A DNA stretch of 64,000 bases from Hypanus sabinus. Taxonomy: Eukaryota. Both the position numbers and the translations under genes were made by a program. Positions 50,560 to 64,000 of this stretch are shown here, in pieces; position 1 is the first letter of the stretch; each line of letters starts with the position of its first letter. The stretch lies in NCBI RefSeq assembly GCF_030144855.1, contig NC_082718.1, positions 109,616,001-109,680,000 of the forward strand, written 5' to 3'. The notes beneath the pieces are model-generated. The model made no database searches. It had not been told where the DNA came from and saw only the letters and a list, made by a program, of their open reading frames with translations.

Positions 50560-53305
50560 ATAAGACCATAAGATATAGGAGCAGATTCAGGCCATTTGGC
50601 CCATTGAGTCTGATCTGCCATTTCATCATGGTTGATCCAATTTTTCTCTCAGCCCCAATCTCCTTACTTCTCCCTGTATCCCTTCATGCCTTGACCAATC
50701 AAGAATCTATCAACCTCTACCTTAAACATACATAAGACTTGGCCTTCACAACAAAGAATTCCACAGATTCACCACTCTCTGGCTAAAGAAATTCCTCTTC
50801 ATCACTGTTCTAAGAGGACACCCTTCTATTCTGAGGCTGTGTCCTTTGTTCTTAGACTCTTTCGCCATAGTAAATATCCTCTCCACATCCACACTATCGA
50901 GGCCTTCCACCATTCCAATGAAAACCGGCCCAGAGCCATCAAAAGCTCTTCATATGACAAGCCATTTAATACTGGAATAATTTTTGTAAATCTCCTTTGC
51001 ACCCCCTCTGGTTTCAGCATATCCTTTTGAAGGGGCCCAAAACTGCCTTATAATACTCCAAGTGAGGCCTCACCAGTGCTTTATAAAGTCTCATAATAAC
51101 ATTCTTCCTTTTACATTCTAGCCCTCTTGAAGTGAATGTGAACATTTGCCTTCATCACCACAGACTCAAACTGCTTCACTATTTCCCTGCACAAGTACTT
51201 CCAAGTCTCTTTGCACCTCAATTTTTTGAATTTTCTCTCCAATTAGAAAATAGTCAACCCTTTCATTTCTTCCACCAAAGTTCATGACCATACTCTTCCC
51301 GACACTGAATTCAATTTGCCATTTCTTTTCCCATTCTCCTAATCTAAGTCCTTCTGTAACCTCTCTAGTTCCTCAAAACTACCTGTCACTCCACCTATCT
51401 TCATATTGTCTGCAAACTTTGCAACAAAGCCATCAATTCCATCATCCAAATCATTGATATATAACGTAAAAAGAATCGGTCCCAAAACAGACCCCTGTGG
51501 AGCACCACTAGTCACAGGCAACCAACCAGAAAAGGCTTCCTTTCTTCCCACTCTTTGCCTCCTGATAATCAGCCACTGCCCTATCCATGCTAGAATCTTT
51601 CCTGTCATACTATATAGGCTCATAGCTTGTTAAGCAGACCCATGTATGGCACCTTGTCAAAGATCTTCTGAAAATCCAAGTACACAACATCAGCCAATTC
51701 TCCTTTGTCTATCCTGCTTAATATTTGTCCAAAGAAATTCCAACAGATTTGTCAGGGAAGATTTTCTCTAGAGAAAACCATGCTGCCTATGACCTAATTC
51801 ATCATGTGCCTCCAAGTACCCTGAAACCTCATCCTTAATAAATGGCACCAACATCTTCCTAACTGCTGAAGTTAGACTATCTGGCCTATAGTTTCCTTCC
51901 TTCTGCCTCTCTCCCTTGTTGAAGAATAGAGTAACTTTCCAGTCTTCTGGAACCATTCCAGAATCTAGTGATTCTTGAATAGATCATTACTAATGCCTCC
52001 ATGATCTCTTCAGCCACCTCTTTCAGACCCTGGGGAGTATACCATCTGGTTCAGGTGACTTACCTACCTTGAATCCTTTCAATTTCAGTTTCCTAAGACC
52101 TTCTCTCCAGTTATGGTAACTTCACGCACTTCATGACCCCTGACAACTGGAACTTCCACCATACTGCTGGTGTCTTTCACGGTAAAGAAGGCTTACATAA
52201 TATACTTATTCAGTTCATCTGTCATTTCGTTATCCCCTATTACTATCTCTCCAGCATCATTTTCCAGTGATCCTATATCCACTCTTGGCTCTCTTTTATA
52301 TTTTATGTATCTGAAGAAACTTTTGTTTTCCATCTTTACCTTCTTAATGACTTTTTTAGTTGTCTTCTGTTGGTTTTTAAAAGCTTCCCAATCCTCCAAG
52401 TTCCCACTAATTTTTGCTTTATTATATGCCTTCTCTTTGGCTTTTATGTTGGCTTTGGTTTCTCTTGTTAGCCACAGTTGTGTCATCTTTCCCTTAGAAT
52501 ACTTCTTCCTCTTTGGGATGTTTATATCTTCTGCCTTCCAAATTGCTTCCAGAAATTCCAGCCATTGCTGCTCTGCCATCATGCTGTCAGTGTTCTTTTC
52601 CAATCAATTCTGGCCAACTCCTCTCTCACACCTCTGTAATTCCCTTTACTCCACTGTAATACTAATACATCTGACTTTAGCTTCCCCTTCTCACATTTCA
52701 GGGTGAATTTGATCAGATTATGATCACTTGGCCTGAAGAGTTCTTTTACCTTAAGCTCTCAAGTCAATTCTGGTTCATTCCACAACACCCAATCCAGAAT
52801 AGTTGACCCCCTCTTGGGCTTAACCATGAGCTGCTCTAAAAAGCCATCTCATAGGCACTCTAGAAACTTCCCCTCCTGGAATTTAGCACCACCTGATTTT
52901 CCCTATCCATCTGCATATTAAAGTCCCCCATGACTATTGTAACTGCCCTTTTGGAATGGACTTTCTATCTCCTGTTGCAATTTATAGGCCACACCCTTAC
53001 TACTGTTTGGGGATCTGTGTACAACTCCCATCAGGGTCTTTTTACTGTTATGATTCCTTAGCTCTATCCACAATGATTCAACACCTTCCAACCCTATGTC
53101 ACTTATTTCTAATGATTTGATATAATTTTATACAAACAGAGAAACTCCACTCCCTTTGCCTACCTGCCTGTCCTTTCAATACAAAGTGTATCCTTGGACA
53201 CTGAGCTCTCAGTTGTAATCTTCTTTCACCCATGATTCCATGAGGCCTACTACATAATTGTGCTGCAAGTTCATCTACCTTATTCCATATACTATGCTCA
53301 TTCAA
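50560..53305 (-). mobile_element. CR1 LINE, near-complete decayed ORF2
   Basis: TSGAPQGSVLGPILFTLYINDLD..KFADN, VPEDWK..GNYRP, SIWNKVDEL; tail 'ataagaccataagat'. Confidence 0.92.
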
Positions 53306-54514
53306 ATATTAAACTTAATATCAAGGATAAATTACAACAGAAGCAGTCTATAATGCTTCATGCATTACAAACATCTATCTTGACAAAATACTAATAGCTT
53401 ATTACTATTTTACTATAGGTATTCATCTTCCAGAGGAATACTGAAAACATACCTCAGTGAAAATATTTCCATTCCCTTTGGTTGTAAATGTCTTGCATGA
53501 AAGACATTTGGTTCATTTCAAGTAATTCAAGTCTTACATGATAGGTGTACAGGCACTGAACACCACCGAGAAATTTACTGAAACTTTCAACTCTACTTCG
53601 TACAAGAAACATTCACTGTCATTGAGTCCTGATCTTAGTAACTTCTGCACTAGTGGGAGGGGGTTGGTAAAAATTCTAAATTTGTTTCATCTTACATTAA
53701 CTAACTTTGGACATATACAGTTGTGTAACAGATCAACTGAAGTTATATATCCTGTTCTTGGGCTCTCTAGGGCATTTTTTCTCAAATGTTGATTTGTTGC
53801 ATGTTTTATTAAACTATACTGTACTTGCATTATCCTTCTTGCAACTCAAACTGTCAGTGTTCTGTAAACCATCTCCAAATCATTAACAGTGCATTGAGAG
53901 CAACAACAATTTTGGTATTACCTGTGACTTCTAAAGGCTTAAAGTAACCTGCTCTGACTTGTTATCAAATATGCTGGAGATGCAGTACATTCCAGAACTA
54001 GATGTACCTTGTAAACAATGACTTTACATCTGGAATATTTGAAAATAATATCCAAATCTTGATTTTGTTCTCAGCTTTATAAAAACTTTAACACATTATG
54101 TAAATAGACTACATTGCAGTAGAATGCCCCTTATAAGTTTTAGTTCTTGCCTTGTAAATGTTTTGATTGAAATTAAAATGGCCAGTTCATTTTTAGCATT
54201 TCATTTTTCTCTACATTGCTGTCAGGATGTAAACTTATAATTAATAAATCAACAATAACTCTTTATATTTCCCTCTAATTTATGAATAATAATAATCAAT
54301 TGCACCTGTTGAACAACCTTGTATAATTAACAATGAATTTTAAATTGCCATGCATTTGTCATTATTTTCAATCCTCTTTTAAAAGGGATGCAAAGTATTA
54401 AAGAATAATTTCCAGTGTCTACTATGCTATTATTAGTTAACTGTTCCTGACATCAAGTATAGCTATTTTAGCAAACGAATCCCCATATAATTCAAAGAGT
54501 GAGATTTCTTCCCA

Positions 54515-54760
54515 CTGATTTACTTATTATTTAGAGATACAGCTCTTTGAGCTGTGTTCCCAACAAACCCCGATTTAACCCTAGCATAATCACAGGACAA
54601 TTTACAATGACCTACTAAACAGTACATCTTTGGGCTGTAAGGAAACTCACACATTTCACAAGGAGGATGAATGAACTCTTTACAGAGAATGTTGGGATTG
54701 AACTCCAAAATCCGACGCCCTGAGCTGTAATAACGCTGTGCTAACTGCCACACTACTGTC
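54515..54760 (-). mobile_element. SINE
   Basis: 'ccctagcataatcacaggacaatttacaatgacc' is the reverse complement of the SINE core at ~32860-32897. Confidence 0.65.
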
Positions 54761-55039
54761 CTATTTTTGGAAACATAATTTTTAAGAAAAATGGAGGTTG
54801 GTATTCAAGCCCCTTCTAATTCTTTAAAACTGCAGCAGTTATATGTCTAGCCTTTCCAAACTTTTCTCAGAAGACAACTGGGTATTAGTAAAGTAATTTC
54901 CTCCAAACCAATTCCAAAGCATTGCTTTTTACTTAACTAAGGTGATCAGTACTATACACAGTCCTCCTGATGTGGCCTCAACAATTTTTTATATATCTGA
55001 AGCATAGCCTCTTTACTTTTGTACTCAATTTCCCTAACA

Positions 55040-55170
55040 TCCTGATGAAGGGTCTCAGCCCAAAACATCGACTGTTACATTCCCTCTGTGGATGCTGCCT
55101 GACTTGCTGAGTCCTTCAGCATTTTTGTGTGTTGCTCAAGATTTAAGACATCTGTAGAATCTCTTGTGTC
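55040..55170 (+). mobile_element. Penelope-derived short element with a CpG-decayed hammerhead motif
   Basis: TC-CTGATGA-AGGG-TCTCAG-CCC-AAAA-CA-TC-GACTG at 55040-55074. Confidence 0.75.
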
Positions 55171-56199
55171 AAATGATAACATTCTGCCTGCTGCATCTCC
55201 ACTACTGGAGAAATTTTGGATTCATCTCAATGGGATACCTTTCCACATGAATAGAAAGCTGTTACTAAGCAGTGCTTGCTGCACTGTTGTCACATCTAGC
55301 ACATTGTTTAGTATAAGTATGTCATATTTCTGTCTGTCTGTTTGGCATTTCCCTCCCTGATCCTTAATTGTTAAGTAATCTGGCTCTCTGACATTGCAAG
55401 TGTGCTGTAAGTAACTGGATGAACCACATTGTGATCATCACACCTCAATTTATCAACAAAAAATGGGCATGCTACCAGAATTCTGCTTTATTTGAATTCA
55501 ATTTCAATCTAAATAATTGGATGGATTTTCACTTTGGACGCTGTGATTGCACCAGCTCCAGCCAGCATTCTCTTTTTCACCTCACACTTACCAGTTCTAT
55601 CTTCTGGTAGCACAATAGCGATTTTCACAATATTCATGATTTTTACAGCAAATATTCAAATACTGTAGAATTACCTACGAATGCATGCTACTGTGAAATA
55701 CATTTTGTAGACTTAGCTGTGATGGATAAATGGACATTAGCTCCAGGAAATTTCAAATATTCTTGCAGCATAACCTCTCTCTAACTGGCTTAGAATTTAT
55801 CCTAATTTGCGGTGTTCCAAAATAATTCTTATTACTAACACTGTTTTGCCAGGAATAGGTCATGTCACTTCAGACATGAAGCCATTGTTTTAGTTGCTCC
55901 TTCTCAATACTTGAATTGTAGGTATCACACAATCTACCATGGCTACTTATATGAAAGATGTTTTACTCTATTAAGTGCAAAGGCAGATGGTTTCACTAAC
56001 TATTCTGTACATTACTACTGTATGTCATAGCAACACTTTCTTGGGAAGAACACATAACTATCTCCTACAGTCATTGACTGCTCAATTTTGAGATGTCATT
56101 ATTGGAAACATCTCAAAAAGATCAGATACTAGCATATCCAGAATAATTATTAAATATACAGGCCCAGCTGACAAGATTTGGATCATTTATCACACTTGT

Positions 56200-56610
56200 A
56201 AACTCAACCAGCTTCATCGTGGGCACTAGCCTCCCTAGCATCAAGGAGATCTTCAAAAGGTGATGCCTCAAAAAGGCAACATCCCTAATTCATTACCTGC
56301 ATCACTCAGCACATACCTTCTTCTCATTACTACTCTCAGGAAAGGAGGTACAGGAGCCTGAAGATAAACAGTCAATGTTTTAGCAACAGCATCTTTCCCT
56401 CAGTCATCATAGTTTTGAGCTGTCCATGAATCCAGTAACAATACATCACTATTTTTGCTCTCTTTTTGCACTCCTTGTTTATTCTATATATGTGTATATT
56501 GTTTATTGCAATTTATTTATATTTTGTGTATTGCACTGTACTGCAAATACAACAAATTTCCCGACATATGTCAGTGATAATAAACCTGAATGATTCTGAA
56601 TCTGACTTTG
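56200..56610 (+). mobile_element. Rex1/L2-like LINE 3' end
   Basis: 'gggcactagcctccctagcatc', 'aggaggtacaggagcctg'; tail 'gataataaacctgaatgattctga'. Confidence 0.7.
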
Positions 56611-58859
56611 ATGAGAATGGTCTAAAGGATATTTTTTCATGAAGAGCAGTTGTTCTCCAGAATACTGATCCACATCGCCAATATGAATTGGCTACATTCA
56701 TGACTCTGATGCATCCAGGATTTTGTTCAGTGCAAATCAACCACCTCAATTGTGTACAATTGACGAGCTGTTTCATGCAGCAGGAAAAGCTTGATGAGCA
56801 AATTACCTGTTTCCCTGCAATGACATAGAGCAACTTATTTCAAAGCTCGAGATTTCCAGCATCTGCAGAATCTCTTGTATTTACAATTTACCAGAAAAGT
56901 TACCAGGCAAATGAAAAGTTTTGAAAATCAGGGATAAAGTATGCGGAGGAGAAATTGATATTCAATGAATCAGCATTCCAGCGAAGAAAGATATGAAGAC
57001 TGTGGAGAATGCATACTGCTGTGCACAGTGTTCCTCAGATTGGTACCTGAAGGAACAACAGCAATGTAGTAAACTGTGCAACCTAGTTAACTACAGCAAG
57101 TGGTATGCTTTTTATCTACCCCCTAGCATGAAGCTAATAGTGTTGCCCTCTTCTCCTATTCCCGTTCAAGGATTCATATAAATGTTAATACATTGCAACA
57201 GGCGATTTGGATCGTCAAGCATTTTTCTCTACTTGAGCCATTTTGTTAAATTCCAATCTTGTTATTTGCAATTCACTTTATTATCAGTATTATAATTAAA
57301 AACCTATCCCAGCTTTCAAGATTGTTTTTAGATATTAAGCTTTAGGAGCATATGAAGAGGGTTTATTTGTGATGCTCTGCCTTTAGCCAGCAGAAATGAC
57401 CAACAGAGCAATATTATGGGGAAATTAATGAAAGGGCTCATAATAACAAAGTTGTTTTGATAGAGTAAATAAAGAAAAGCTGTTTTTACTGGCAGAAAGA
57501 ACAAGATCCTAAGGAGACGGATTTATGATAAGTAACACATGGTCTACAGGACACATCTGGACTAAGGGAGGGATCTGTCCAGTCTGCACTCGTTGTGTTT
57601 GTAGTCTTCTCCTGCTGTTTGCCATACTAACCTCCCATGCCCTAGGCTTGTCAATAGAGCTCCAGACATCCGCAGAGGAAGAGCTTGGAGACCAGGAGGA
57701 ACATTGTGGAAGCTGTGGCTGAAGGTGCAAAGTAGGACCCTATCTCTTCCTCCATCTTTTTGCGGTCTGCCAAAGTGTTGGGTTCTACCTGAGACTGGAA
57801 GGTGGAACTCATCCAATAAGATGTGCAAGGTGAAGAGTGCATATAAATAGTTGGCAATAAGTGCCAGGTCAATGAACGATAATTTCAAAGTTGAAAGTTC
57901 AAATTTATTATTGAAGTATGTTTATCATATAAATCTTGAGATTCATCTTCTTGCAGGCACGCACAAAACAAAGAAACAATAGAATCCATGAAAAAACTCA
58001 CATACCAAAGACTGACAAACATACAATGTGCAAAAAGGACAGATGGTGCAAATAGCAAAAAAGTAAACAGATAATACTTAGAACATGAGCTGCAGAGCCC
58101 TGAAACTGAGTCTACAGCTGCGGAGTCAGTTCAGCGAGTAAAGCTAGTTCAGGTGGCCAACGGCTGCAATGCAGTAACTACTACTGAATACAGTAGCATA
58201 GGACCCAAGACTCCTGCACAGCACATCCCATCTAATGGTAGTAGTGAGAAGAGAGGGGCGCAGAAGAAATACAGGCAGACAGCACTGAACACTGGGCTTT
58301 GATGCTTTAATTGGCATGGGGTAACAGAGATGAACACAGTTTGTTTTCCATCCTCAGACCCTGGGCCTTATCAGATGTCCTTGCTTAATGTTGATGATGA
58401 GGGTTTGATGTGGTGGCCACAGTGAATAGCAGATGTGATAATCTGATGCAAGGTAGACATGGGTCTATTTCTCATGGTGAATGGTGGCGTGTGTAGTGAA
58501 TGACAGGTGGACATGGTACCCTTGTCATTAGTGGATTTGAATCCCATGGTAAGTTTTGGGTGTGATGGTCATGTTGAGGGGCGTTTAGGGTAAATTGTGT
58601 GGAGTTTGCTCTTTCTCCCAGTGTTGTGGGTTTCCTCCAGATGTACCAGTCTCCTTCCACATCCCAAAGATGTACAGATGAATTGCCACTGTAAATTGTC
58701 CTTATTGCGTTGGAGAGTGGTAAGATCTGGGAGGAGTTGAATAGAAAGTTTAACATGGGATTAGTGATTGGTGGTGAGGGCAGAATGATGGGCCAAGGGG
58801 TTGTTTCCACGCTGCCTGAAGGAGGTGAAGAGTGGGCGTGATCCCTGCGAGAAATAATA

Positions 58860-59560
58860 GATGTGATGCCCGGCAGACGGAACGTCCTGGTGGTGGCACA
58901 CTTTATGCCTGAGCTGACGGAGCCGTGCCACCTGACGCGGTGCCCAGGAGGAATGCGGCGGGCCGGGCAGCACCGAGCAGCGGACACACTGGCAGGCAGC
59001 TGCCCGCTACCGCTACGTCCCTCCGGCTGTGGGCGCGCGCTCCCCGCCCCTTCCCGTGCCCGCGCGTGACTGGGAGTCCCACCTCCCCGCTCGCCCCCAC
59101 CCCTCCCCTCTCCTCTCCTCCTCGCCAGACGAGCGCTGGGCCGCCTCACTCGACCGCTGCCTGTCGGAGAGCGTCCGCGCCGGCCTCAGCAGCTCGGTCC
59201 CGCCGGGCTCGGCCACTTGCTGTCGGAACATGGACGACCTGGGTAAGGGATGCTGACGCGGACGGTGAGATTGGGCGGGCTGGGACACAGGTCAGCTGGG
59301 GGGGAGCTGGGTATCCCCTCGAGCCCCGGCAACCGCACCCAGCACCAGTTGCCAGGCAGGCCGAGGAGGTAGTCCTGGTTACCAGTACCTGGCAGGCCGT
59401 TGCCCGGCCCGGTGGGCGAACGAGGCAGGCCGGTGAGCGGCTGAGGGCTCCGGTGGGTGTGAGGTCGGCGGCGACGGCTAAGGGAGGCGAGCTCACTCAC
59501 CGGGTTTAGCGGCTCCCACCCCCTCCCCCCGTTCCTCGTCCCGGGTCAGCGCCGCTGGAA
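58860..59560. promoter_or_regulatory. CpG island / promoter of PXN
   Basis: Very high GC and CpG content, GC boxes (ccccgcccc near 59042), surrounds the MDDL exon. Confidence 0.85.
59230..59242 (+). CDS. PXN: Paxillin first coding exon (ATG GAC GAC CTG G, MDDL(D), start of the LD1 motif)
   Basis: Strong Kozak aacATGG; donor G|GTAAGG after 13 nt; paxillin begins MDDLDALL; PXN lies divergent to SIRT4 in human. Rest of the gene is outside the window. Confidence 0.85.
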
Positions 59561-60809
59561 GTTTGTTTGAAGGATCTTGAAAAGTTTTCCTGTTTGTTTG
59601 GAGTCCCCAGGGCTGTAAGCGTTGTTTGATCGCAAGGAACCCGAACTCTGGGCAACAAACTTTCCCTGTCTCCAGAAGATCAGCCCGGGGCGGGTTCTGG
59701 TGATCCGATTAAATCTTAATGCTCATGTAGGGGGTTGGGTGGGGGAAATTATCCCTTTCAGGATCTGGATTAGTGGGGCGACCTGGGACTACCAAGGAGT
59801 GGAGATCTCTGCGAGGAAGGGCAACATTCTCGGTCGGTCTTGCAGGTTGTGGGAGTTCGCGTGAAAGTTGACGGTCCTGTGGGGTTGTGGGGATTAGTAT
59901 GATTTGTTGTTAACTGCCTTACAGGAGAGTCATGATTTGATTACTTGCCGACTAGAATAACGATCTAAATAGCTGTCTATGAGACGAGTGGGTTGATTGG
60001 GAGGGAGGGTAAATCAGAAGGAATAAAGATTTTATGTAGTGATTGACCAGTAGGAATTTGATATTTGTGGGTTACTAGAAACGATTCATTTGATTTATAA
60101 TCGTGGGAGGTAATCGTTGATTGTGTGTGAATTTAATATTTCACAGGATAAATGAAGCATTGCAAAACTGTCCCGTTTTAAAAGATAACCAGAATCCATA
60201 GCCCCTGGCGTAAATTTTCCATAATCTAATTTTTTCACAGGCGTGGGCAGATTCCTTTGGTGTCTGCATTTCCACAGATAGTTTATTTCCATAATGTGTA
60301 TGACTCTCCCATGTTACAAGCCAGTATTTGTTTTGGAATATATGTTGTTGGTGTCAGGGTGTACAGCGCATTTGTTTAACGTGTAGTCGATGTAACCTGC
60401 CATGGTGATTATTACTCATATCTCCAGGCATCAAATATATTTCTGTCCCATACTACTCATTCCTTTTGCCTTCAGGAAGGAGATGTTTTACAGATCAGAA
60501 CAGATAATTTCAGTTTAGAGTACAGCCCAAGAGGAAACCAAAATGTAATACATTGTAACCTCAAGACCCAGTTATTGAGACACATTGGGTTTGAGAGGAA
60601 TGTTAAAGTGAACAAGGCTGTCAAATGATTCATGGACTTGGCAGACTTGAATTGGTTGTAGAGACAGACAAGGTAGTCTTGGTCTACTTTAAACAGGTTG
60701 AGGGGAATCCGATGAAGATATGAAGGGTAATTGTTAGAGATTATTCCCACTGGATGTAGAGCTGAGAGCCAGAGGACTTGGAATGATGGCAAAATAACCA
60801 AAAGGTACA

Positions 60810-61090
60810 GCATGGTAGTGTAAACCTTTACAGCACCAGTGACTGGGATTCATTTCCCACTGCTGTCTGTAGGACTTTTGTACGTTCTCCCTGTGACTAC
60901 ATGGGTTTCCTCCCACATTCCAAAGACGTACAGGTTTGGGTTAGTAAGTTGTGGCCATTATATGTTGGTGCCAGAAGCATTGCAACCCTTGAGGACAGCC
61001 TGTAGCAAATTCTCAGACTGTGTTGGTCATTAATGCAAATGGCACGTTTTACCATATGTTTCAATGTATATGTGGCAATAACGCTCAATT
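60810..61090 (+). mobile_element. SINE
   Basis: 'gtacgttctccctgtgactacatgggtttcctcccacattccaaagacgtac'; related copies at ~47500-47790 and ~58600-58820. Confidence 0.7.
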
Positions 61091-62199
61091 CTTCCTCTTT
61101 ACTGACTTTTTATACAGTAAGTAGACAGATCTGAGTTGTTTTCCCAGTGGAAGGTTCATTGTGTTGAAGAGATTTGGCTAAGTTCTTGAAAAGGGTGGGC
61201 GAGAGGAGCAGTGCAAAACTTTAGGGAAAGGCCAGTGGAGTGGAACTAATTGGTTTGCTTTTGCAGGTTGCTGCCATCATTGTGATAGGCTGAATAGCCT
61301 CCTTCCATGCTGTGCCCGTTTTGTGATTTTGCAATATATCTTTAATAAAAATATGCTTAACTTATTAACTATTGATCATTTCAGCACATCAACTGAATTT
61401 TATACTGTTAAAATGTTCATAGTTGTATTTAGCATTTTTCAGAATGTATGGCAAGCTGTACAAGTAAATAGCTGCACATTTGAGTTCACTAATGTCTCTG
61501 CATGATTGGTGGATTAGTTGGTGGGATCCACAATGTACTAGAAAGAGAGACTGAATGGAAATTTAGAGTTTGGAAAACTGTTATGTTACCTGGCCCATCC
61601 CTAGGGATCAAATCAACAAAAATTTGTTAAATATTTTTGAATTTCAGTTGTAGATTTGTTCAAAAAGAAATGCTTCCTCTGCCTAATATTTGTTGACTTC
61701 ATAATTTCCACTCAAAAAAGTACTGTTCAGATCACAAATCTGAATTTGATTTTTAGTTCTCTGTTGTCCTATCCTATCCCTTTGGAGTTGCATTGGGGCA
61801 GGTTTTGATGCAGGCTTTACTCACAATTTTTACAACTTCAAATCTTTTTGGAAATACTCTTTGTTTTATCAAGAACAAAATTGATACTGTTTTTATATAA
61901 AAGGCCTTGCTTATTTTTAGAATACTGGACTAGGCCAATTGTATATTTCCTTTGGGCATTAAAGTGATTTTCAGTCAATGTCACACCATGAAGGTTTGTC
62001 GCTCCTGCACAAGACCAAAAAAAACAGTTATGCACAATTGTTGCTCATTGACTGTGTAATCAGATAATCTGTTTTAGTGACATAGATTGTGCTTTTCTTC
62101 ATGGAAGAGGGCAGAAAAAATTTGTCCGAAGTACTAGGGAATCAAGAGTCTACTGAAATTGTGGTACTGAAGGAAATAATTAATTATTAGTTATAAAAA

Positions 62200-63390
62200 G
62201 CTATGAGTGAAGTGGATAAGACTAAAAGCTGATAAATCCTAAGAGGCTAATGATCTACATACCAGAGTTTTGAAAGAAATGGTCCTGCTTTTCTGTTAAG
62301 TGCAGTAGATGAATAATTTTACATTTTACCATATTACATTCCAGCTACTTTTGTAGAAACACTAATTCTCAATTGATGTTGTCATTTTACTTACACCTCC
62401 ATCATGGGTTCTCACCCTGATGGTAAACCTCCTGTGCGGAACTTCATTAAAAGCCATGTGGAAATTGAAATACAGCACAACCATTGCTTCCTCCTTATCT
62501 ACACCGATTCCAGTAGATTAATCAAACATGATACTCCTTTTATAAATTCTTGCTGATTCTGCTTAATCGTACCATTTTGTTCTTTCCCAAAAGTGTTGTC
62601 TTTCTCCGTCGTTCATGATGGATTCCAGCATTTTCTTATTACTTATAATCTGCTAACTGTACTGATTTCCTATTTTCACCTCCCTGCTTTAAATATTGGT
62701 TATATCCAAGGTATATACCTTGCAATTGTTCTGGATTGGAAAATAGGATATGACCAATATTTAAAGCGGGGAGGTGAAAATAGAAAATTGGTGAGAATTG
62801 GTGTTTCTACAAAAGTAGTTGGAATGTAATATGGTAAAATGTAAAATTATCCATCTACTGCACTTAACAGAAAAGCAGAGTATTATTTAAATGGCAGGAG
62901 TTTGAGTTTTGCTGTTGGTACAGATGTTAAGGTAAATAATATGTTGTCATTTAATAGAACGTGATTTCAATACAGAAGAAAACATGTCATTTTGCTTGCA
63001 GGTAAACATACACAGCCTTGGTGAGATCTCACTTTGAATATTATGTGCGTGTTGATCTTCTAAAAAAGGATATACCTTCCATAGAAAGAGTGCATCAAGA
63101 TTCACTAGATTGTTTACAGGAATGGATAGTTGTTTAAGAATGATTGACTGGACTTGGTCTATGTTATCCAGGGGTTAGAAGACTGAGAGGAGATGTAATT
63201 GAAAATCACTAAATGCTTATAGCTAGATGGCGAGAGGATGTTGCCCCTAGCTGAGAAGTCTTGAATTCCTGTGTTCATAAATCTCAGAATAAAGGCTTAG
63301 CTATGTAGAATTGGATGAGAGACTTCTTCATACAGAGGATGGTGAATCTGTGGAATACTGTACTCCAGAAGGCTGTGTAGTCTCAGTTCC
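62200..63390. mobile_element. Several old CR1 fragments on both strands
   Basis: 'ctaaaagctgataaatcc', 'ggtgagatctcactttgaata', 'gactgagaggagatgtaattgaa', 'gtgaatctgtggaat'. Confidence 0.65.
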
Positions 63391-63744
63391 TCAATTGCCT
63401 TCTCTGCTGTAATCTTGTCCTAGGAGAGGGATAGTACAAGGAACTGTTATGTACAATAGAGAATCATAGGATATGCTGTTTGACACATCAAATTTGTGAC
63501 AGTGTTTTCTTCAAGTGATCAACAGTCTCACTGAAACCTGCTCATTCACATGAATTTCAGGATCTGGACAGTACTACTGTAATTCTATACTTCACTGACA
63601 ATCCTTACCTTGACCACTCTAGATTTTGGCATGAGATCATACTGAGCTAGAAACGTTCTTCCGAGAATACTTTGAATTGTTTTCCCTATAATACTATGCG
63701 ACAATTCCAACTATTAATGTGAATGTTAAACCAAAACTAAGGTA

Positions 63745-63860
63745 GATAAACACAAGGCATTCTGCAGATGGTGGAAATCCAGAGTAAAATGTCAGAGGAA
63801 CTCAAACAAATGGAGAGGAATAAAATGATTTGGGCCAAGACCCATCACAGGACAGCAGTC
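63745..63860 (-). mobile_element. Degenerate Penelope-derived element
   Basis: 'attctgcagatggtggaaatc..gaggaactca..tttgggccaagacccatcacaggac'. Confidence 0.55.
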
Positions 63861-64000
63861 ACAGAATAGTGGGTGACAGTTTCAGGACCAAAATTAATTA
63901 TGTTACAAAGATTCTTGTCAAAAATAAGAAAAGTAAGACCTATTTCAATACAAAGTGAAAACTAAACCCACTACAAAGTGAAACATAATACTTTAAGAAA

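Noticed and set aside
57509-57888. Cluster of short ORFs upstream of PXN
   Set aside because: No recognisable motif or convincing splice pair
58472-59509. Many overlapping long ORFs in the CpG island
   Set aside because: Expected from stop-codon scarcity in GC-rich DNA; no recognisable domains
1-64000. CRISPR arrays, tRNA/rRNA genes, prokaryotic or viral systems
   Set aside because: No regular repeat-spacer structure or such genes seen; the tRNA-like boxes belong to SINEs

Overview
Vertebrate genomic DNA. The repeat content (CR1 LINEs, Penelope-derived short elements, Rex1/Babar, Gmr1-like Gypsy) suggests a cartilaginous fish, probably a ray; this is an inference. Genes from left to right: (1) a probable last exon of an unidentified + strand gene with a PRR11/MTFR-like 'RSPGGTP...LLNKF' motif (1052-1250); (2) a complete SIRT4 on the - strand (exon 1 near 17.6 kb, coding exons 13744-12950 and 8264-8112, 315 aa); (3) CTU1 on the + strand (coding exons 39564-40059 and 40994-41523, 341 aa), whose likely non-coding exon 1 shares a compact bidirectional CpG promoter with SIRT4 across a ~22 kb TE-filled intron; (4) the CpG island and 13-nt first coding exon (MDDL) of paxillin, PXN, at 59230. 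Much of the rest is decayed, often nested transposons. Most interesting observations: two charge-neutralising substitutions in conserved SIRT4 acyl-site motifs (YWARN to YWAQN, PDGD to PDGN); an in-frame N-terminal extension from SIRT4 exon 1; the SIRT4/CTU1 head-to-head promoter with alternative donors and a uORF; and about 13 Penelope-derived short elements, several carrying minimal hammerhead-ribozyme motifs, one forming a hairpin at the CTU1 first splice donor. No wholly new biological system is demonstrated. TE boundaries are approximate unless a TSD is quoted.
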